IMG/VR virus record: IMGVR_UViG_3300015263_000377
Direction: 5' to 3' (one strand)
DNA from: an uncultured virus (IMG/VR IMGVR_UViG_3300015263_000377)
Lineage: Duplodnaviria; Heunggongvirae; Uroviricota; Caudoviricetes
Length of the DNA stretch: 20,000 nucleotides
A program made the position numbers and the translations under genes. Under the pieces are notes generated by a model. The model did not search any database. It worked only from the letters and a program-made list of their open reading frames with translations, and was not told where the DNA came from. This document shows positions 1 through 10,031 of this stretch, in pieces (the first letter of the stretch is position 1; each line of letters begins with the position of its first letter).

Positions 1-1
1 G

Positions 2-948
<947 letters not shown>

Positions 949-962
<14 letters not shown>

Positions 963-2970
963 GTGGGTGGTCCTAGAGTTGTCCCCTCAAGGGGAGGATG
1001 AGGACCCCGAAGTCCTCTCCTCAGCCCTTGTGCGTCTGATTCGAGACAAGGCGGTCGAGATTTTCATCCCGGCTTCAATTTCGATTCAAGGGGACAGTCG
1101 AGTCATCCACAAGCTGATCGACAACTATGTGTTCATCCGTAGAACACTACCAGACAACGCCTTCCTCCGTCTGGAAGGCACGAAGTACATCTCCTCTGTC
1201 TTGACGATCGCCCGCTCCGACAAGAAGACGACGGTGCGGGAGATGGCCTGCGTCCAAGACTCCGATATCGAGCGGATGCGAAAGCAGATCCACGTCGAGA
1301 CGGAGCAAGGGATCGAAGTCGGGGACGAAGTCCAGGTGATGAGCGGCGCCTACAAGGGCATCAACGGCCGTATCATCGAGGAGATCCCGGAGAACGACAG
1401 CGTTCAAGTATTCATCAAGCTCAGGTCGAAAGAGGCCATCGTCACCCTCCCGAGGAGCTTCCTTCGGTTCGTTTCCAAGGATCAGTCGGATCTCCCGACC
1501 TTCTCTCCGTTCCTCACCAAAATCGAGAGGATCCGCGATTGGGTTCGGGCCGTGCGACCCCTTTTGGTCTGGGATCCGCTCAGCATTCAACCCTTGGAAC
1601 ACGCCATCAAGAGGTACGCGAACGTTGAGCTGGCGATGCGGTGGTGGCACCGCCGAGACCCCCTCCTAGAGCAGATGCGGCTCATTGAGCGTGTACGTCA
1701 AACCCCTGACGCTGACCTAGCGCCCCTGCTCCGCAAACACGAGGAGTTTAGTCTCGTAAACGGGTGGCTTCGCCAGGATCGGAGCCTGGTCTTCCTTGGG
1801 ATCAAGACACGTCATGAGCGCGTGAAGCACATGACCTCGATCATACAAAAGAACCCCGGCTTCTTCTACTCCGTGTCTACGGACCCCGTGGTGAGCCAGT
1901 CTGAAACGCAAATTCTAAACGGGTTCAACGAGCGGGTAAAGACGAAGCAACGCGAGACCCAATGGCTTCAAGACGTTGTGCGGCGACTTGACTCCATCGC
2001 TAGGGACCTGGACAACATCGAAGCGCTCACGTGGAGGAGACCGGACATGTTCGAGAACATCATCATCGACGGGCACAACCTCGCCTACCGAGTCGCCAAC
2101 GCTCTGGGTGTGATGAAGACCCCCCTCACGGACTCCGATGGCAACCCAACCGGGATGGTCTTCGGGTTCCTCAAAAGCCTTACCAGCTACAAGAAGCGGT
2201 TCCCAAACGCGAAGGTCTACGTGGTTTGGGATGGATCACCCCAACGCCGCATTGAAATGTTCCCAGGTTACAAATTGAAGCGTCGCCAAAAGCGGGCATC
2301 CAACGGCGCAACGACACCTGATAACCAAATGACCCGACTCAGGAACATCCTTCCGACACTGGGGGTCACTCAGGCGTTCAACAAGGACGAAGAGACCGAC
2401 GACATCATTGCGTGTCTGGTCAGGGGAAAACTCAAAGGACAACGCAACGTTATCGTCTCCACGGACCAAGACTTCCTACAACTGGTGACACTTACCGATA
2501 TTGTGCTAGCACCCAAGGTCGGAAATCGACAAGAGACCCTTTACGACCGGGATAAAGTCGTGGAAGAATATGGGGTCACGCCTGAATCTTTGGTCCAGCT
2601 TCGGGCGTTGCTGGGTGACACTTCGGACGAGATACCGGGCATCCCTATGGTGTCCGACAAAATCCTCACGGGGCTCTTGAAGAACTACGGCACTGTTGAA
2701 GACATGTTGGCATCGAACCTGTCGGGAACCACCCCGAAACAGTATGCCAAGATCCGTTCAGCGGGGGACCAAGTTCGTCTCAATTTGAAACTCATGACGC
2801 TCCTCACGGACCTTCCGTTCGAGGAGATCCCGCCAACCCCCGATGCGAAGACAGCCTCCGAGACCATAGGGGGTCTCAACATCCAGGCTGACCCGATCGT
2901 GGACCCGTTCTTCCAAACTTCAGTTGGTTTCGTGAAGCAGCAACAAGGGCAGTTCAATTTCGAGAGCTGA
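949..2970 (+). CDS. Fusion protein: N-terminal NusG-like transcription factor (NGN + KOW), helical linker, C-terminal 5'-3' exonuclease/flap endonuclease (PolA N-terminal type)
   Basis: NGN-like: WVVL...VEIFIP...KLIDNYVFI. KOW: IEVGDEVQVMSGAYKGINGRI. Exonuclease motifs from Met at 2047: IIIDGHNLAYR, PTGMVFGF, VVWDG, FPGYK, ETDDIIA, IVSTDQDFLQL, ALLGDTSDEIPGIP (H3TH). Confidence 0.85.
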
Positions 2971-2987
2971 CGGGAGGAGAGGGCATC

Positions 2988-3623
2988 ATGAGCGGTGGCT
3001 ACGTCTTTTCGGTCGATCCGGCAGAACTTGCCAACCGATTCGCAGCCCCCGATGAGCCCTTATTCGACGAGTTGGAAGAGGAGGAAGAGGGTGACGACGC
3101 CCAGCCCTTGCTCTCAACGCTCAGCTTCGAGAACGAGATCAAGCCGCTACTCGACCGGATTCCGGAACGCGAAGCGGACTTGATTGACCTGTACTACATC
3201 CAAAAGAAGCGTCAGGCGGACATCGCCGAAATCTTCGGGGTGACGCAGGCGGCTATCAGCTACCGACTCGACCGAGGACTCCAGCGAATTCGATTCCTCC
3301 TGTCTATCCCCCAAGTCAGCGAGGAGGAGATGCGCCGCGACCTCCCCGACGTACCGTTCAAACCCATCGACGTGAACATCTTGGTCGGCATGTGGCAGAC
3401 CACGTGTCAGTCAGAAGTCGCTAGTCGGCTCGGTCTTACGCAGGGCAGAGTTCGGCACCGCTTCTTTGGCGCCGTGACCACGCTGGAGAAACGAGCTGGG
3501 GAGGATTCTCGGTTCTCTCGGTACAGCAAGGTCTTCTCTTCGATCGCGTCCAAGAAATTCAACATCTTGCGCGAGGTCAAATTGCCCCAGTGGTCGAACA
3601 GGGGTGGGGACGGGTGCTTCTAA
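2988..3623 (+). CDS. Sigma-70 region-4-like HTH protein with two HTH units (putative phage transcription regulator)
   Basis: LDRIPEREADLIDLYYIQKKRQADIAEIFGVTQAAISYRLDRGLQRIR is a typical sigma region-4 pattern. A second HTH is present (CQSEVASRLGLTQGRVRHRF). Strong SD (GGGAGGAG) upstream. Confidence 0.75.
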   Translation: MSGGYVFSVDPAELANRFAAPDEPLFDELEEEEEGDDAQPLLSTLSFENEIKPLLDRIPEREADLIDLYYIQKKRQADIAEIFGVTQAAISYRLDRGLQRIRFLLSIPQVSEEEMRRDLPDVPFKPIDVNILVGMWQTTCQSEVASRLGLTQGRVRHRFFGAVTTLEKRAGEDSRFSRYSKVFSSIASKKFNILREVKLPQWSNRGGDGCF

Positions 3624-3636
3624 GCTAAGAGCCCGT

Positions 3637-3648
3637 TTCTTCTTATGG
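3637..3648 (+). promoter_or_regulatory. Candidate late-promoter motif TTCTTCTTATGG
   Basis: Lies just downstream of the 3623 stop and 22 nt before ATG 3671. An identical 12-mer occurs at 18381-18392, and variants at 8391-8404 and 15947-15960. Confidence 0.45.
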
Positions 3649-3670
3649 CGTGCGGTTCAAGAGGAACCGC

Positions 3671-4573
3671 ATGCCGCTTGTCTCGAACCTTCGGGCACAC
3701 GACCACAAGTTCGAGTTTGCCACGGCCGCTGGTAAGTGGGAGTGGACGACTCGGTTGGACGTGTCGCAATCGAACCCCCTCTACTCGGTTCGGGACATCA
3801 AGTCACCGTACGGGTTACTGAGGGACTCCATCCCCATCCCCGGCGAGGTTGTCTCGGCGATGGCCGAGTCGATCGACGAGTTGAAGTCCAACTTCGCTCC
3901 GAACATCCTGCTCGGACCTCCGACGTTGCTCAACTTCACGGTCGACGAAGGACGTGGTTTTGCCGAGCCCGAGGTGGTTCTCATCACCAACGACGGAGTC
4001 TACGGCTCGCTTCTAGGGGTCACCCTCACCACATCGGCGGCGTATGTTCGGGTAACCCCAGCGAACGTTGGGAACCTCGCCCTGAACGAGTCCGGTCAGT
4101 TTCAAATCGAGGTGGATGCGACGGATCTGCTTGCTACCAGCAGCCCGTACAACGAAACCATCGCGATTCAAGACCCCTCAGCGACCAACAACCCGCAGAC
4201 GTTTCCTGTCACCATCACGGTTCGGCCGAAGGCAACCATCTACACGAACCCAACGGTACTCAACTTCAGTGTTGTCAAACCGTTGTCCGGGTCCTTCCCG
4301 TCGATCCCGACCCAAACCTTCACGGTCCAAAACACTGGGTTGGTAGGATCGGTTCTGGACTTCCAGGTTCAGAAGCTCACGGGGCTCTCCGACTGGCTCA
4401 CGAGCTTCCTTCCGTCTTCGGGCACGCTTCTCTCTAGCGAGTCGACCGATATCACGGTCACGGTCGTACCCCCGGACAACCTGTTGCAAGGGACCTATTC
4501 GGAGAAGCTCCGCGTTTCTGGTTACAGCTCCAACAGCTACCAGGACGTTGAGATTGTCCTTGTCGTAACGTGA
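3671..4573 (+). CDS. Probable virion protein with two tandem Ig-like (BACON-like) beta-sandwich domains
   Basis: Two repeats of P.xLnF....... .I/V.N.G..GS.L....... .P...G.L...ES....i.V ... Y.E.i.i; rich in Thr/Ser/Val beta strands. Start placed at ATG 3671 (GAGGA SD) instead of GTG 3650. Confidence 0.6.
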   Translation: MPLVSNLRAHDHKFEFATAAGKWEWTTRLDVSQSNPLYSVRDIKSPYGLLRDSIPIPGEVVSAMAESIDELKSNFAPNILLGPPTLLNFTVDEGRGFAEPEVVLITNDGVYGSLLGVTLTTSAAYVRVTPANVGNLALNESGQFQIEVDATDLLATSSPYNETIAIQDPSATNNPQTFPVTITVRPKATIYTNPTVLNFSVVKPLSGSFPSIPTQTFTVQNTGLVGSVLDFQVQKLTGLSDWLTSFLPSSGTLLSSESTDITVTVVPPDNLLQGTYSEKLRVSGYSSNSYQDVEIVLVVT

Positions 4574-4580
4574 GGTCAGG

Positions 4581-4853
4581 ATGAGTAACAAGGACTTCGA
4601 CATCGGCTCCATGTTCCAGGTCCAAGCCTCCCACGGCCTGGACGCCTTCTTCGCTCGTGAGCCTCAAATGGTCACCCCAACGGGGCGTCGGAAGGTGGCA
4701 TCGATCCAAGACCTCGCCTCGTTCACGAGGTTGAGCAACGACACGCTCATCCACAAGGCCGAGAAGGACTTGTGGGCCATCAAGCGTGAGGCGGACGGCT
4801 CGATGGTCATTGAGCGCCAGTTCGACGACAACGGAAAGCCTCTCCGGTACTGA
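4581..4853 (+). CDS. Hypothetical protein (90 aa)
   Basis: SD-like GAGGT before the ATG; packed tightly between neighbours; codon usage matches flanking genes. Confidence 0.7.
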   Translation: MSNKDFDIGSMFQVQASHGLDAFFAREPQMVTPTGRRKVASIQDLASFTRLSNDTLIHKAEKDLWAIKREADGSMVIERQFDDNGKPLRY

Positions 4854-4863
4854 GGAGGATCCC

Positions 4864-6351
4864 TTGAGTACCCAGCAAAAGGTCCGGCTGATCATCGCCA
4901 AGTCTGGCGGGTTCTTCAAGAGCGAGGATGACGACTCCCCGTCCCCGCCGCCGCCCTTTATCGGGGGATCGGATGGCCTGAAACGGAACATCCCCAAGAA
5001 CCACGACTTCGACCCCAAGGCCCTGAAGCCGCTCGCGAGGATGCTCTTCTCGTCCAGCGTGTCGCTCGGACATGCGGTCGCTGCCTACAAGGAATTCACC
5101 CGGCTCAAGTCTGCCCGAATCTCACCGGACGGAATGCTTGGTGGTCGAGGTTACGTCACCAAGGTCAAGGACATCCGCAGCAAGCTCCAGCAGGCTTGTG
5201 AGCTGCTCTCTTCGATTACGGATACGGTTCACGACGAGATCAACGCCCCTCACTGGCAACCGAGCCTAGCTGAGCTTGGGGCGAACGATGCCGAGGACGT
5301 GACCGAGTTCATGGAGGAGGCCGAGGAGGTTCTTGAGGACCCGGAGGCGTTTGGGGAGAAGGAAGTCCAAGAGATCGAGAAGAAGAACGATGGCCCAGGG
5401 GGTACGCCGAACACCAAGCCCAAGCCCAAGTCGAAGTCGAAGACCAAGACGAAGGACAAAAGCTCTGAGCTGCCTGGCGGTGGGGATGCCGGCAACGAAG
5501 CTATCCCTCAAGGGGAGTCTTTCAAGCAGCATGTGAAGAACGCCATGCAGAAGCAGGCGAACAGCTCTGTTTCCCCAGCCACCCTCCCAGGCCCTCGGGT
5601 AGACCACCTCGACCGAGGAGAGCAAACGGGGCCGTACGGGTCATACAACCGGGATGAGCCTCTCACGGAAGATGCGTGGGGTCTCAGCGAAGGGGTAGAC
5701 GACGAGTACGACTACGAATCGGACTTCTCCAACAACTTGCTCGACAAGACTGGTCTTGAAGCATGGGGGGAGTCAGCGATCCCTGACGCGACCAGCGACC
5801 CCACGGAGACGGAAGGGCGGGACTTCGGCATCGGTTACGGAGCCAAAGGACGAGGCACCGAGGGTTACGGCACCAAGTCGCCAGACGGCCGAGGCGTTTA
5901 CGGCCCCTCCAGCGACCTCCCGAACGATCCCGGCGCCCCCACCCGAGATACGGAAGAGGGGGCCGGTCCGTATCTGGACGGCGTCGAGCGTAACGTTTGG
6001 GCGGGTTGTGGGTGCGGGCCTCAAGCAGAATCCAAGCTCCCGTTTGACGGCCCGGATCCAGTCGCTAGGTCGGACTACTTCGAGGGTAACAAGGGCAACC
6101 AATTCAACGTGACCCACCAAGGGGAGCACGTTCATGATTGGCGTATGTTGCCGGATGACGGGTCGTCGAGGGTGCCGGGCGACCAAGTGCCACCCCTCTA
6201 CAACTACGACCGAGATTTGATGGACGTTGGGCAGAGTCTCGAACACCAAGACCCTCCGTACGTCAAGTACGACTGGACCACGCACAACTACCGCAACGAC
6301 ATTCAAGATGTCTTCCGGCACGAAGACGATGACAGAGGTTCCAATGGCTGA
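4864..6351 (+). CDS. Hypothetical acidic, Gly/Pro/Asp-rich protein (probable head-associated or internal protein)
   Basis: Long ORF. Start moved to the in-frame TTG at 4864 behind the SD GAGGAGG. Helical N-terminal domain followed by a low-complexity acidic region. Confidence 0.7.
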   Translation: MSTQQKVRLIIAKSGGFFKSEDDDSPSPPPPFIGGSDGLKRNIPKNHDFDPKALKPLARMLFSSSVSLGHAVAAYKEFTRLKSARISPDGMLGGRGYVTKVKDIRSKLQQACELLSSITDTVHDEINAPHWQPSLAELGANDAEDVTEFMEEAEEVLEDPEAFGEKEVQEIEKKNDGPGGTPNTKPKPKSKSKTKTKDKSSELPGGGDAGNEAIPQGESFKQHVKNAMQKQANSSVSPATLPGPRVDHLDRGEQTGPYGSYNRDEPLTEDAWGLSEGVDDEYDYESDFSNNLLDKTGLEAWGESAIPDATSDPTETEGRDFGIGYGAKGRGTEGYGTKSPDGRGVYGPSSDLPNDPGAPTRDTEEGAGPYLDGVERNVWAGCGCGPQAESKLPFDGPDPVARSDYFEGNKGNQFNVTHQGEHVHDWRMLPDDGSSRVPGDQVPPLYNYDRDLMDVGQSLEHQDPPYVKYDWTTHNYRNDIQDVFRHEDDDRGSNG

Positions 6352-8359
6352 TCTCGGCGATCTCACCAACTTCTTGAAAGAGGGCTCCGTCGCCGACCTC
6401 GATTGGCTCGATGTCGATGAACAGCAGTATCGGGACCTGGACAAGCTCCCGAAGCAAAACCTCGACATCTCCCCGGACCTCCAGGCCATGTGGGATCACA
6501 AGGACCAGCCGGCAGGGGCTTATCTCGTCCCGAACAAGGACAAGGTTCCGTCGCTGTCTGCCTTGAGCGAGGCTCACCAGGGTAAGCAAGCGGCAGTGGA
6601 GCAGGTCATCAAGGTGGCTCGCTACACGCTCATGCAGACGACCAACCTGGGGCAGTTGAAGCAGGCGCTCACGTCCAGGTTCGATACGGACCTCATCACG
6701 AACGCCAAGACCGCTCTTGCCTCGGTTCTGCGGGAGCGTGGGCTACTTGGTCGGTACTACGTGTCGGCCGCCGACTTCACCAACTGCGCACAGTCGTCGA
6801 AGACGTTGACCACGTTCGTCAGGCGTTACGCCGCTGACGCCCGTTTCGTGGTCGCCAAGAGCGATTGCCAAGGGTGCATCCACAATTCCGCCGACACATG
6901 TGGAGTCTTCAAGAAGAAGATCGTTCTGGAGGTTCCCTACACGCCTGAGTTGGCTGACGCGGTCGAGCGTTCTCAGTCGGCCAAGGGGAAGCAAGTTCAG
7001 GCGTCCTCCACAGATCCCCGTGGTCGTATTCAGGCGGCGTATCTCGCCAAGGATGTGACTGTTGCGGGGTCGGTAGAGACCCCGAAGCCCGTGGTCGATC
7101 CGGCTCGCCAACTCCGCCAAGCGTCGGCTCCGGGCAAGGTTCACCTCCCTGTTTTCCAGACCGAAGCGCAACGCCTTCTGGCCTCTGAGCAGGCGTGGCA
7201 GCCTCCGACCCCCGAGGGAAAGACGGCTGGGGTCAAGACCGGGGAGGACCGGACGGCCTTTGAGGTCACGTCGCTTCTTCGTCGAGAGATGCTCAAGGGG
7301 CGTAGCGTCCCCGAGCTGGTTCATGCTCTGAAGCTCTCCTTCTCGGTTTCAGACCTCAAGAACACGGCCTCCCATTGGCGGCCCTTGATCGATCAAGCGG
7401 GCCTCTACGGGACCGTCTACGCTACGCAGGACTCCTTTGACGACTGCGGGGTTGGAGCAGACTTCTTCGCGAAGCATAACCCCACCGTCAAGGCGATCGT
7501 GGCTGGGGGTAAGTGCAACGGGTGCATCTACAACAAGATGTCCCGCTGCCTCATCTACGGCCGCCCCCTCGCGGCGAACACCGAAACCCCCCTGACGGAT
7601 GAGACCGTCAAGCAAGTCATCTGGGAGCACCGTCTGGCGGGCAAGCTGGAGACGGGTGCGGAGAAGATCGCTTGGGGTCCGACGCCCAAGGAAGCCCTGA
7701 AGGCCATCTACAGGGTCGCCTCTCAGGTAGGTAAGGCTGACTCTACGCCAATGCGATCATACGTCGAGCAAGCCTTCCGTGGTGCAGATCATGGGCACGT
7801 CACGGCGGGCCTCACGAAGCGGGAAATCGTCAAGACGGCCGCCCGATACTTGAACGAGGGCCTTTACGGCACCCAACTTGGGGCGGTCCTCAAGCGCCAG
7901 TTCGATCCCCGAGACATCAAGGCGGCGGCTCCGGAGTTGAAGACCATCTTGGCGGAGCAAGGTCTCCAGGGGATCTACTACGTAGATCCGATGGTCTACG
8001 GGGACTACGCGAAGGGTTGCGAGGAAGGGGCAAGGCTCCACCGTTCGCGTCTCGTCCCCTACGTCAAGTTGGGGTCCAAGTGCTCTAGCTGCGTGCTTCA
8101 AACGAAGGTCGGCTACTGCTCCAAGTACAACAAGGATCTGGTCAACGAGCCGCCGTACGCCGACAAGAAGGCTCAACAGCAGGAGATCCTCTCCTCGGGT
8201 CAATCGACGGAGATCAACCTCGCCAGCCTCATGCAAAACACCAAGTCAATCGTCGCGGAATTCGGCATGAAGTCCGGGATTGAGATCGACTTGAACCCGG
8301 AGCCGACGAAGGCTGCTCCGGTCTCTGTCGAGCTGGGGGGTCACAAGATCGACCTGTAG
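6344..8359 (+). CDS. Hypothetical protein with three repeated Cys4 (C...CxxC...C) domains
   Basis: Start at ATG 6344 (SD GAGG; overlaps the upstream stop). Three homologous units, each containing GL.G..Y followed by C...CxxC...C. Confidence 0.75.
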   Translation: MADLGDLTNFLKEGSVADLDWLDVDEQQYRDLDKLPKQNLDISPDLQAMWDHKDQPAGAYLVPNKDKVPSLSALSEAHQGKQAAVEQVIKVARYTLMQTTNLGQLKQALTSRFDTDLITNAKTALASVLRERGLLGRYYVSAADFTNCAQSSKTLTTFVRRYAADARFVVAKSDCQGCIHNSADTCGVFKKKIVLEVPYTPELADAVERSQSAKGKQVQASSTDPRGRIQAAYLAKDVTVAGSVETPKPVVDPARQLRQASAPGKVHLPVFQTEAQRLLASEQAWQPPTPEGKTAGVKTGEDRTAFEVTSLLRREMLKGRSVPELVHALKLSFSVSDLKNTASHWRPLIDQAGLYGTVYATQDSFDDCGVGADFFAKHNPTVKAIVAGGKCNGCIYNKMSRCLIYGRPLAANTETPLTDETVKQVIWEHRLAGKLETGAEKIAWGPTPKEALKAIYRVASQVGKADSTPMRSYVEQAFRGADHGHVTAGLTKREIVKTAARYLNEGLYGTQLGAVLKRQFDPRDIKAAAPELKTILAEQGLQGIYYVDPMVYGDYAKGCEEGARLHRSRLVPYVKLGSKCSSCVLQTKVGYCSKYNKDLVNEPPYADKKAQQQEILSSGQSTEINLASLMQNTKSIVAEFGMKSGIEIDLNPEPTKAAPVSVELGGHKIDL

Positions 8360-8390
8360 GGCTGAGAATCTAGCGATCGGGGCGGGTTGA

Positions 8391-8404
8391 TACTCTTGTT
8401 ATGC
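8391..8404 (+). promoter_or_regulatory. Candidate late-promoter motif variant TACTCTTGTTATGC
   Basis: Intergenic, 12 nt before ATG 8417; resembles the motif at 3637 and 18379. Confidence 0.4.
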
Positions 8405-8416
8405 CTGCTCTAAGGC

Positions 8417-9040
8417 ATGTCCCTCGCCTTGATCGCCCGTGTGGCAGCCCGATTCACCCTCCCACGGGAATCGTACTTACCGAAAGAGGTACGGGGTACG
8501 CCCCCCAACGTTGACCCTCAAGGGACGGACTTGGCGATCTGGACGTACGAGTCTCCCAATGTGCGGACGGGAGAACCCCTCCTTCTAGCCATCGCGTTTG
8601 CCGCCAAGCAGAACAAACCGATGTTCCACAACTCGTTTCGGAGCGAGGCGAGTAGGCAGGCGGCTATCAGGGATGCCATCGACTCGCGTAAACGGGTCCT
8701 TGAGTACAAGCAAAAGCAGCTTGAGGAGCGCCGTAACTACCAACACGGCATCCAAGTCGGAGAGATTTACAACACCTCTTGGGGTTACGACCAGACCAAC
8801 GTGGACTTCTACGAGGTGGTCGAGATCCGGGGGAAGGACATCCTTGTTCGTGAGGTCGCGAAGCGCGAGGTCAGCACGGACAAGAATGTCACCATGGTTG
8901 CCCCCCAGCAGGGCAAGTACGTGAGCGGTCCGGTTCGGGCTCGCCCGACCCCTGGGGGTTCCTTCAAGGTGGATGGTCACAACGCTCACAAGTGGAGCGG
9001 GAAGCCTGTCTACGAGACGACCTCTGGTTGGGGGCACTGA
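8417..9040 (+). CDS. Conserved hypothetical phage/plasmid-type protein (SWGYDQTNVDFY motif) with an N-terminal RVAARF tag
   Basis: VGEIYNTSWGYDQTNVDFYEVV is a motif I recall from uncharacterised mobile-element proteins. The N-terminus reads MSLALIARVAARF. Confidence 0.7.
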   Translation: MSLALIARVAARFTLPRESYLPKEVRGTPPNVDPQGTDLAIWTYESPNVRTGEPLLLAIAFAAKQNKPMFHNSFRSEASRQAAIRDAIDSRKRVLEYKQKQLEERRNYQHGIQVGEIYNTSWGYDQTNVDFYEVVEIRGKDILVREVAKREVSTDKNVTMVAPQQGKYVSGPVRARPTPGGSFKVDGHNAHKWSGKPVYETTSGWGH

Positions 9041-9042
9041 AC

Positions 9043-9429
9043 GTGTCCGACGCCCTCATCCTTCGGGTAGCAGCCCGGTTCCTCCACGCCGACCAGCCTC
9101 CTGGCCAGCGTAAGAAGGACAAGGACTTGGTGAAGCCTGTCAACCGACCCAAAGGCATCGACCGCTCCATCGTCAAGGAGCACGGCAAGCCAATGGATGA
9201 AGGCCATGATGAAACCGTCTCCCCCAACCGAAGAGACCTTCGACCCGAGGATGTATTCAGCCCTAAGCCCGACCAAACCAGTGTCCGCAACTTGGCTGAA
9301 ACTGGCAAAGACCTAGCCGAAGTCATCAAGAAGCAAATTCCCAAAGACAAAGGCTATGCTACTGTAAAGAACCTCTCCCAATACCTCATTGAAACTGAGG
9401 GTGGGGGCGGCACTAAATCGGTGAAGTGA
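9043..9429 (+). CDS. Hypothetical basic protein with an N-terminal RVAARF tag
   Basis: In-frame GTG at 9043, 2 nt after the upstream stop, gives MSDALILRVAARFLHA and removes the overlap present in the 8992 ORF call. Confidence 0.65.
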   Translation: MSDALILRVAARFLHADQPPGQRKKDKDLVKPVNRPKGIDRSIVKEHGKPMDEGHDETVSPNRRDLRPEDVFSPKPDQTSVRNLAETGKDLAEVIKKQIPKDKGYATVKNLSQYLIETEGGGGTKSVK

Positions 9430-9436
9430 GGAGACC

Positions 9437-10027
9437 ATGAAGAAGGACGGAACAGAGCGCGTGGAAGCGGTGCTTCACTTGCTCCCGGAGCAAGACGCTC
9501 CTCACGGCGCCGACAGTCATCGTCTGGAGGGGGTCAAACGAGGTCGAGGTCGACCCCGCAAGATCGAGCGCAAGCCGACCACGAGCGACCTTGAGTACCA
9601 CGCGGAGATGACGCGGGCTCGGGAGGCGTTCATCTCTTCGGACCCGGTCCTCAAGAAGATCGAGGAGCACGGGGATGCCCTGGACGTTCTCTTCCTCATC
9701 AAGAAAGAGGTCGCAGCGGAGGCAGCAAGCCTTCACTTCGAGCGGATCGAAACGCAGAAGCGAGGCAAGGAGACGGGGCAAGTCTCAACTCGTCGCATCG
9801 AAGCGCTCAAGAAGATCGCCGACATCGAGTTGAAGATCAAAGAGATCGACTCGGAGTCCATCAACCTGAGCAGCGAGCGCATGCAGAAGCTCTTCACCAT
9901 GTGGGTCGAGACGATGCGTGAGGTAGCACAGGAGACGCTCCCGGAAGAGGCTATGAACCTCTTTTTCAACCGCTTCGCCTCCGTGATGGAAGGGTGGGAG
10001 GAACGAGCTACGAACACCTTGAGGTGA
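9437..10027 (+). CDS. AT-hook/helical DNA-binding protein, candidate terminase small subunit
   Basis: AT-hook KRGRGRPRK (9536-9562); helical/coiled-coil body; directly upstream of TerL; SD GAGGAG. Confidence 0.5.
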   Translation: MKKDGTERVEAVLHLLPEQDAPHGADSHRLEGVKRGRGRPRKIERKPTTSDLEYHAEMTRAREAFISSDPVLKKIEEHGDALDVLFLIKKEVAAEAASLHFERIETQKRGKETGQVSTRRIEALKKIADIELKIKEIDSESINLSSERMQKLFTMWVETMREVAQETLPEEAMNLFFNRFASVMEGWEERATNTLR

Positions 10028-10031
10028 CCTC

